From: Halorutilales archaeon Cl-col2-1
Lineage (GTDB): Archaea > Halobacteriota > Halobacteria > Halobacteriales > Afararchaeaceae
Assembly: GCA_041891055.1 (NCBI GenBank)
Contig: CP169074.1
Span: forward strand, 1,376,001-1,440,000
DNA: 64,000 nt
Reading direction: 5' to 3'
The notes under the pieces are model-generated. The model had not been told where the DNA came from, did not search any database, and worked only from the letters and a program-made list of their open reading frames with translations. Below are positions 57,499 through 64,000 of the stretch, piece after piece (within the stretch, counting starts at the first letter, position 1; each line of letters begins with the position of its first letter). The translations under genes and the position numbers were made by a program.

Positions 57499-59044
57499 AC
57501 GAGTCCGACCCGCGCGACTGAGCCTGAGACTCGTACGCTGCGACGCTCTCCTCGGCGACATCGGGCGTCACACCTCCGTGTTCGGTCTCCCTCTGTCTTA
57601 TTCCTACGAGAACAGGTGTGTTAATGAAGCTTCCCGCGAGAACCGCCTGTCCGGTCGTGAGACCCGGGAGGTCACGTATGAGATCCTCTCCCGCCGACTC
57701 AACGGTTCTCTCTATGGCGTCCTGGTCGACACCGTTTCTGACTTTCATTATCACGGATGAGTTGCACTGAGACAGGACGTCCTCGTCGAGGCGTGACGGA
57801 CGCTGTGAGACGACAGCGAGACCCACACCGAACTTACGTCCCTCGCGCGCTATCTCCTGTAACAGATCACGCGTCTTGAGATCCCTCTCCGAAGGAGCGA
57901 AGTTGTGTGCCTCCTCGATGAAGAGAGTAACCGGGATGTCGATAGTGTTAATCTCGTCTATTCCGGGGTTTCTCTTCTTCCGCATCGCCCTCTTACGTGC
58001 TTCGAGTATACGTCTCGTGAAATGCCAGAGTATGAGGTTCCTCTCCAGCTTTCCCGCCCCCGACGGAAACTCGACTATGTTACACATCCCGGGAACACAC
58101 AGATCTTCTATCGGGGTCTCCTCGTCGGCGCGGAGAGACTGGAAGTCGAGGAGGGATTCGAGACGCCAAGCCACCGACGCGTCGAGCTCGTCCGACGGGT
58201 TGAGCTTCTCTATCATGTCCCCGACAGAGTAGTTAGTCCTGACCTCATCCCTCCACGGCTCCGTCTGTGAGGGATCGCCGAGGTCGAGAGTACGCAGAAG
58301 CTCCCTGAGACGTTCGCGCTGGAGGCTAGTCATCTCCTCGGGGAAGGCGACGTCGAGATCCTCGACGCCGAGGCTGGATATCTGTATCTTCGGCTCGGCT
58401 ATGTGATTGAAGGCGTCGCCGTACCTCTCGTCGTCAGCGAGTGTCGAGTACTCGGCGTGTATGTCGAAGACGACAGAGGTTCCCCTGTTGTGAGGCTTAG
58501 CCATCTCCTCTAAGAGGACACCGACTGTGTAGCTCTTACCCGCTCCCGTACTCGCGAGTACGCTGAGGTGCTTAGTGGCTATCTCGTCCATGTCTACGTC
58601 TATCTCGACCGCATCCCCGGGGCGGTTGAGAAGGCTTCCGACGCGGAGGGTTCCCTTCTCCTTCTCGGGAGATATAACATCGGAGAGGAACGAGTCGGAG
58701 GTCAGAAAGACGTCCTGCCCCATAGCGGGCGGACTCCTGAGATTCTGGAAGCTTCCGAACTGTCTGTCGTACTTTCCGAGAACCCTCGCTGTCGCGCGGT
58801 GACCGTGGCTCGACCTGAAGAGGTCGAGGTCGTCATCGGGTATATACCTCGACATCGCGTCTATGATCTCATCTGACGACTCGACACGGTCTCTCTGTGT
58901 CACGCGGCAGAGTATATTGTCGCCCTCGTGGTCGTAATGCACGAACTCTCCCACCTTGACGTCGACGGCGTGAGGGGTCAGGAAGTCGAAGCTCTCCTCC
59001 GTCCTCCCGGGGCCCAAGGACCAGCCGATGACATCCGTGTCCAT
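57479..59044 (-). CDS. herA: HerA/DUF87 ATPase (HAS barrel + P-loop)
   Basis: HLSVLASTGAGKSY, FDIHAEY, EEAHNF, AREGRKFG, SQRPSRLD. Confidence 0.88.
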   Translation of the reverse strand: MDTDVIGWSLGPGRTEESFDFLTPHAVDVKVGEFVHYDHEGDNILCRVTQRDRVESSDEIIDAMSRYIPDDDLDLFRSSHGHRATARVLGKYDRQFGSFQNLRSPPAMGQDVFLTSDSFLSDVISPEKEKGTLRVGSLLNRPGDAVEIDVDMDEIATKHLSVLASTGAGKSYTVGVLLEEMAKPHNRGTSVVFDIHAEYSTLADDERYGDAFNHIAEPKIQISSLGVEDLDVAFPEEMTSLQRERLRELLRTLDLGDPSQTEPWRDEVRTNYSVGDMIEKLNPSDELDASVAWRLESLLDFQSLRADEETPIEDLCVPGMCNIVEFPSGAGKLERNLILWHFTRRILEARKRAMRKKRNPGIDEINTIDIPVTLFIEEAHNFAPSERDLKTRDLLQEIAREGRKFGVGLAVVSQRPSRLDEDVLSQCNSSVIMKVRNGVDQDAIERTVESAGEDLIRDLPGLTTGQAVLAGSFINTPVLVGIRQRETEHGGVTPDVAEESVAAYESQAQSRGSDSSTDPGR

Positions 59045-59076
59045 AAGAGACCAGAGTGACGCTCGGCGTATATAAG

Positions 59077-59577
59077 TTAGCTCTCGACGTGTCTGACGTC
59101 GAGGTCTACATTTCTGCGTCTCCCCTCCAGGTCGCCGACGACGCGTCTCAGGACACGGCGTCCTTCCTTTATTACGACGGGCTTAGCCAGAGATACGAGC
59201 TTAGACGTCGGTAGGCTCGACAGTCTGTCGGCGTGCTCGGGGTCGTACTCGGCTTCGAGGACGACACGTGTCGCGTCGTCGTAACGTCTGTCTTCGGATT
59301 CGGTGTCTTCGAGAATCCACGAGCCCCAAGCATCGACGTCCTTGGTGATCTCCCAGTCGATACGTTGGTTCTCGACGCGTTGGGTGACAGCCGACCGCGC
59401 CGTGTAACTCAGGAGCCACCACGAGACCGAGATCTCCCACTCAAGAGGATCGTCTCCTACGACGGTGACGTCATCTATCTTGTCACTGTACCTGCCGTAG
59501 TTCTCGAACTCGACGAGGAAGTCGTAGACGTCGCTCCGGGGGGCATAGACGGTAGTCTCGAACTCGACCTTATCCAT
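59077..59577 (-). CDS. SRPBCC/polyketide cyclase-like protein
   Basis: APRSDVYDFLVEFENYGRYS; start MDKVEF. Confidence 0.8.
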   Translation of the reverse strand: MDKVEFETTVYAPRSDVYDFLVEFENYGRYSDKIDDVTVVGDDPLEWEISVSWWLLSYTARSAVTQRVENQRIDWEITKDVDAWGSWILEDTESEDRRYDDATRVVLEAEYDPEHADRLSSLPTSKLVSLAKPVVIKEGRRVLRRVVGDLEGRRRNVDLDVRHVES

Positions 59578-59644
59578 TAACGTCCATAAGACACCGAGAG
59601 CCAAAAGGGTAACCTTGACGTTGACGACCGAGAAATCCAGTCTA

Positions 59645-60907
59645 ATGACTCTCGACGGGAAGACAGTCGCTTTCGGAGTCACCGGAAGCATAGCCGCCGT
59701 GGAATGTGTCAAGATAATACACGAACTCAGACGCCGCGGCGCGGAGGTTCACGCCGTGATGACCGAGTCAGCGCAGAAGATAGTACACGAGTGGGCGCTT
59801 GAGTTCGCGTCGGGGAACCCCGTCATAACCGAGATCACGGGCGAAGTCGAACACGTCGACCTCTGTGGCACCGTAGAGAGCGACTTCGAGTCGATACGTG
59901 GTTCGGGTTCAGAGACAGAAGAGTCCGGGGCTGAGGTCGAGAGATCTGAGGACTCTTTCAGAGACACCGACGCGAAGGCAGACCTCTTCCTCGTCGCACC
60001 CGCGACCGCGAACACCGTCGGAAAGATCGCAAACGGAATAGACGACACGACTGTGACGACCTTCGCGACGACTGCTCTCGGAAGCGGTCTCCCGGTTCTG
60101 ATAGCACCCGCGATGCACGAGCCGATGTATGACCATCCCGGCGTCATAGAGAACCTCGACAAGCTCGACGACTGGGGCGTCGGTGTGATACCGCCGAAGA
60201 TAGAGGAGGACAAGGCTAAGCTCGCAGACAAGGAGGACATAGCTATGGAGTGTGAGAGGTTCCTCTCGCACGGTCCCCTCGAAGGGAAAAGAGTCGTCGT
60301 CACGAGCGGTAGAACCGAGGAGTCGGTCGATCCCGTGCGTGTACTCACGACACGTTCGTCGGGAAAGATGGGACGTGCTATCGCCGAGGAAGCCTACGTC
60401 AGAGGAGCCGACGTCAGTATCGTACACAACTACGACGACGAGGTCAGGTACGCCGACTCAGTCGATGTCGAGAGCGCGCACGAGATGATAGACGCGGCTT
60501 TGGAGGAGGTCGAGAAGGGCTGTGACATATTCTTCTCCGCCGCCGCTATCTCCGACTACACGGTAGACACGTCCGACTCGAAGATATCGAGCGGAAAGGA
60601 TCTCGTCTTGGACATGGAGAAGGTTCCGAAGCTCATAGACCAGGTCAGGGACGAGGTCCCAGACGCCTACATAGTCGGATTCAAGGCTGAGACGGGACTC
60701 GACGAAGACGACCTCGTGGGAGAGGCGGAGAAGGTCATGGAGAGGGCAAGCCTCGACCTCATAGTAGCGAACGACGCGAGCGTTATGGGTGACGACGACA
60801 CTTCGGTGAGGATCTTAGGTGTCGACGGGGTCGAAACTGAGAGGGGCAGTAAGACCGAGGTCGCCAAACGCATACTCGACGAGGTCGAGGAGTCGCTTGA
60901 AGGATAA
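59645..60907 (+). CDS. coaBC: Bifunctional phosphopantothenoylcysteine decarboxylase/synthetase
   Basis: GVTGSIAA, APATANT, PAMHEPM, DPVR..SSGKMG, AAISDY, GFKAE, VAND. Confidence 0.94.
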   Translation: MTLDGKTVAFGVTGSIAAVECVKIIHELRRRGAEVHAVMTESAQKIVHEWALEFASGNPVITEITGEVEHVDLCGTVESDFESIRGSGSETEESGAEVERSEDSFRDTDAKADLFLVAPATANTVGKIANGIDDTTVTTFATTALGSGLPVLIAPAMHEPMYDHPGVIENLDKLDDWGVGVIPPKIEEDKAKLADKEDIAMECERFLSHGPLEGKRVVVTSGRTEESVDPVRVLTTRSSGKMGRAIAEEAYVRGADVSIVHNYDDEVRYADSVDVESAHEMIDAALEEVEKGCDIFFSAAAISDYTVDTSDSKISSGKDLVLDMEKVPKLIDQVRDEVPDAYIVGFKAETGLDEDDLVGEAEKVMERASLDLIVANDASVMGDDDTSVRILGVDGVETERGSKTEVAKRILDEVEESLEG

Positions 60908-60952
60908 GGTCTGAAGGCTGAGCTTTAAGTAGGTAGCACCGGAAAAGCCGGT

Positions 60953-61468
60953 ATGGTTATGTCTATAAATCCCCGTGAGTACGACGTCGACGAACTCCGG
61001 GAGGCGGCGAGCCTCGACGAGGCTCTTCTGACACAGAAGGAGGACGGCGAGGCGTATCTCGAAGGTATGCCCGACTCGAAGGCGAAGGAGATCGTCTCTC
61101 TCAAATGGGCTGACTACCTCGTCTCGTCGATGGGTATCAGACGCGCTTACAAGGCTCTCGACCTCTACCTCGACCTCGGCTGGATATCCGACGAGGTCAA
61201 GTCGTCGATGGAGAAGAGGCTACGTGAGGTGGACGGCTCCTCGACGAATGGGGTCAACGAGAAGCCCGTCAAGCTCGTCGAGGAGATCACAGAGACCCCT
61301 TTCATGACCAAGATTCCTTTCGACGAACACATAACGAGCCTCGTATTCATAGCACATCTCGCGGGCGACGACATAGAGGCTTTCCTCAACTCTGTACAGC
61401 CTTTGGAGTCACGTACCAACGTAGAGGTAGTCGATGTCTTTGCGGGCGACAAGGAGGGTGAAAGATGA
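60953..61468 (+). CDS. Stand-alone FlaD/E-domain protein
   Basis: INPREYDVDELR, WADYLV..ALDLYLDLGWIS, EHITSLVFI. Confidence 0.8.
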   Translation: MVMSINPREYDVDELREAASLDEALLTQKEDGEAYLEGMPDSKAKEIVSLKWADYLVSSMGIRRAYKALDLYLDLGWISDEVKSSMEKRLREVDGSSTNGVNEKPVKLVEEITETPFMTKIPFDEHITSLVFIAHLAGDDIEAFLNSVQPLESRTNVEVVDVFAGDKEGER

Positions 61469-62580
61469 GTGACGACCCCGAAGATACTGAAGCAGAGGAT
61501 GTCGAGGATGAGACACAGACAGAATCGGGGTCGGAGTCGGATCAGACCTCGATGCGCCAGAGTCAGGCTCCGATAGGAGTCAAGCTAGGGAGTACGCGTA
61601 CTATCATAACAGTCCCGGAGCCCGACGGGAGTCTTGAGATAATACGCGCTCTGACGTGTGTAGCGACCTACGAGGACGTCATAACAGGCGAAGAGAAACT
61701 CCTCTACGGCGAGGAGGCGGCGAACGAGTACCCCGACAGAGTCGAGTTCATGTTACGGTCGGGTCTCCCCGAGGACGACGAGAGCGCCGATCTCGCGAAG
61801 AGGTACCTCGATGAGCTAGTCGAGGAGAACGGCGTCCCCGATACCGACGTCGTCGTCTACGCAGTCCCTAACATAGACAACGAGGAGGGACTCGAAAGGC
61901 TCGAAGAGATAGTTGAAGGGAGTGAGATAGGCAGCGAGACGGTGAGAAGCTACCCCGAATCTTTCTGCGGCGCTATCCCGGCGTTCGGCGAGGGTCTCGA
62001 CGCAGTTGACAAGACATTCATCGCAGTCAACCTCGGCTCGACCAACTTAGAGGCGAACGCCTACAGGAGAGGCGAACAGATATCCCCCCTCTCGACGGGC
62101 GCTGTAACCGGAAACGAGGCGGACAGGCGTATCGCTAACCTCGTCGAGGAGGAGACACAAGGCAGGGTAAACATAGACCTCACGACTGCGCGCGAGTACA
62201 AGGAGGAACACGCCGACTTCGACGACTTCGAGCCGTTCACCGACGTCATACAGCAGCCCGGCGGCGGATCACACGAGTTCACTATAGAGAGGAGCGTGAT
62301 GGACGCCGTAAACGAGTACCTCGATGACGCAGTAGACGAGGTCGCCAACAACTTCCTCCCACAGCTAGCCAACGACCACATGAAGGTCTACCAGAACGCT
62401 CTCAACGAGGCGATAGTCCTCACGGGTGGAATGGCGTGTATACCCGGAATAGTCGACGAGTTCGAGGAACGTCTCAGCGACGAGATACAGAGGGACGTCG
62501 ACGTCATAGCCGCCGACAGACCCGACCTCTCGGCTGCACAGGGAGCCTACCGGATTGCCGAGAGACTGTCGGAAAGATGA
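61465..62580 (+). CDS. Haloarchaeal actin/MreB-like protein (salactin/volactin type)
   Basis: ASKHA motifs GVKLGSTRT (phosphate 1), PES..A (connect 1), VNLGSTN (phosphate 2), VLTGGMA (adenosine). Confidence 0.8.
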   Translation: MSDDPEDTEAEDVEDETQTESGSESDQTSMRQSQAPIGVKLGSTRTIITVPEPDGSLEIIRALTCVATYEDVITGEEKLLYGEEAANEYPDRVEFMLRSGLPEDDESADLAKRYLDELVEENGVPDTDVVVYAVPNIDNEEGLERLEEIVEGSEIGSETVRSYPESFCGAIPAFGEGLDAVDKTFIAVNLGSTNLEANAYRRGEQISPLSTGAVTGNEADRRIANLVEEETQGRVNIDLTTAREYKEEHADFDDFEPFTDVIQQPGGGSHEFTIERSVMDAVNEYLDDAVDEVANNFLPQLANDHMKVYQNALNEAIVLTGGMACIPGIVDEFEERLSDEIQRDVDVIAADRPDLSAAQGAYRIAERLSER

Positions 62581-62581
62581 T

Positions 62582-63049
62582 TTAGCTCGGGTTCTTACGC
62601 GTCGTCTCGCTTCCACAGACGGGACACGGCTTCTTGTTGTCGTAGACCCTTCCGCATCCCTGGCACTGGAACTTCCAGTCTCTCTCCTCCTCGATTCCGT
62701 CCTCACGTATCACGTCGACGTCTACGCCTATCCTCTCGGCGACATTCTGCATCGCGTAGTCGTCGGTCACAAGAGTACCGTCGGTCTCTAGGGCGACGGC
62801 TAAGAGGCGGAGGTCGGTGACAGAAAGCTCGTCGAGGTCGCCCGTCTCGCGCGCCGCGCGTCTGACCCTCTCACGGCTAGTCTCCGAGGGAACCTCTATA
62901 CGCATTCCGCTTCCCTCCATCGCGTCGAACCTGAACCGCGACGAGTCCTCAAGCTCCTCTCTCACGCGCGGGACTGTCGCCGTGGGCTCGTGTTCGTGGT
63001 TTCCGGGCGAGTATCCGTCGATAAAGGCACACGAGTCGAGAACGTACAT
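62582..63049 (-). CDS. nob1: Nob1-family rRNA endonuclease (PIN + Zn ribbon)
   Basis: VLDSCAFI, LSVTD, TDDYAMQNVA, CQGC..CPVCG. Confidence 0.9.
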   Translation of the reverse strand: MYVLDSCAFIDGYSPGNHEHEPTATVPRVREELEDSSRFRFDAMEGSGMRIEVPSETSRERVRRAARETGDLDELSVTDLRLLAVALETDGTLVTDDYAMQNVAERIGVDVDVIREDGIEEERDWKFQCQGCGRVYDNKKPCPVCGSETTRKNPS

Positions 63050-63060
63050 ACAACCACCGA

Positions 63061-63300
63061 CTATCTGTTGACGACTATGACGTCCTTGACCGCGTTTATA
63101 CGCCGTGTGGGTATCTTGACCTCGCCGTTCTCTGAGCTTGAGCCATACATCTCTCGTCCCTTATCAGTGGGTTCAAGGACGAGGTCGCCGAGTCTTCCGG
63201 TACCGAGGTCACACGTGATGCCCGTGAGTCTTCCTAGCTCTGTTCCGTCGTCACCCATTACTTTCTTGTCGATTAGGTTCCTCGCGAGGACTTGTGTCAT
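63061..63300 (-). CDS. PRC-barrel domain protein
   Basis: KKVMGDDGTELG..DLGTG, AVKDVIVV; probable start MTQVL. Confidence 0.82.
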   Translation of the reverse strand: MTQVLARNLIDKKVMGDDGTELGRLTGITCDLGTGRLGDLVLEPTDKGREMYGSSSENGEVKIPTRRINAVKDVIVVNR

Positions 63301-63379
63301 TGATGGTAGTTGGACGTAGACAGTTTTTAATCTTTCTCTGATTCGGTTCAGTTCTGTTCCTCTGGCTGAAACGGCATAT

Positions 63380-64000
63380 TCAAACACCGCGTGACATCAT
63401 CTGACTTCTGAGGACGTCGGCGTACGCCCTCCCCGAGGCGGGAGTTATGACGACGACAGTGTCGTCCTCGTCGAAGTTCTCGGAGAGCCTGAGAGCACCC
63501 GCGACCGCGACGCCTCCCGACGGTGAAACTTCGGTTCCGTCTGTCGACGCGAGGTCAACAGCCGAGTCGAGTGCCTCCGAGTCGTCGACGGCTACGGCGT
63601 CTCCCCTGTCGAGTTGAGGGATTACATGTCCTGCAGGAGTGTCAGCAACTTCGAGGTCTCCTACGACAGTGTCAGGACTATCGCAGGGTTGGTACTCCGA
63701 GCTAAATGCATCGACTACGGGAGAACAGCCCGACGACTGTACGGCGTGTATGCGCGTGTCTTCGTCGAGCGACTTGTCCAAGCCCAAGAAGACCTCGCCG
63801 TTTCCGACGGGACAGACGACGTGGTCGATCTCGTCTAACTCCTCGCGTACCTCGTAGCCGAGAGTCTTGAGACCGTCGTGTCTGTACGGCGTCTCAAAGG
63901 GAGCTACGGATGCTGACACCGTGTCACCGCGTGCATCCTCGAAGCTCTCGCGCGCGTCTCCGAGACGTCCCCTGACGACATTCATATCGCCGCCGTGGAC
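63380..64000 (-). CDS. Threonine synthase-like PLP fold-type II protein (5' end outside window)
   Basis: GLKTLGYEV, PVGNG, AVQSSGCSP; the frame stays open to the window edge. Confidence 0.75.
   Translation of the reverse strand, partial: VHGGDMNVVRGRLGDARESFEDARGDTVSASVAPFETPYRHDGLKTLGYEVREELDEIDHVVCPVGNGEVFLGLDKSLDEDTRIHAVQSSGCSPVVDAFSSEYQPCDSPDTVVGDLEVADTPAGHVIPQLDRGDAVAVDDSEALDSAVDLASTDGTEVSPSGGVAVAGALRLSENFDEDDTVVVITPASGRAYADVLRSQMMSRGV

Noticed and set aside
1-64000. tRNA, rRNA, transposase or integrase genes
   Set aside because: None recognised; intergenic gaps are short and show no cloverleaf or T-loop motifs by eye. A tRNAscan/Infernal run would be needed to exclude small RNAs.

Overview
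64 kb of chromosomal DNA from a halophilic archaeon (class Halobacteria; strongly acidic proteins; frequent ATA/AGA/CGT codons hint at a deep-branching lineage such as Halorutilales, which is inference only). It is gene-dense. It contains housekeeping genes (purQ, archaeal GAPDH, class II ribonucleotide reductase with a LAGLIDADG intein, topoisomerase IA with a large intein, purB, panB, rpiA, RqcH/NEMF, CCA enzyme, aIF5A, agmatinase, rps17e, coaBC, Nob1), an 18 kb archaellum-motor/chemotaxis cluster without archaellins or receptors, a vapBC module, an arsR-acr3-arsC operon, a dacZ-mscS locus, an orphan HerA, and a FlaD/E + actin-like gene pair. No rRNA, tRNA, CRISPR array or transposase was recognised. 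The most unusual signals are non-coding or unannotated. (1) A 105-bp insertion of four sequence-diverse triloop hairpins at 26-27 bp spacing, whose removal restores a neighbouring stop codon (45080-45191). (2) A 107-bp TA-flanked MITE-like element inserted in the cheR stop codon (16525-16635). (3) Small ORFs coupled to cheY, cheW and cheA, two of them Arg-rich. All calls come from reading motifs by eye; no database searches were run.
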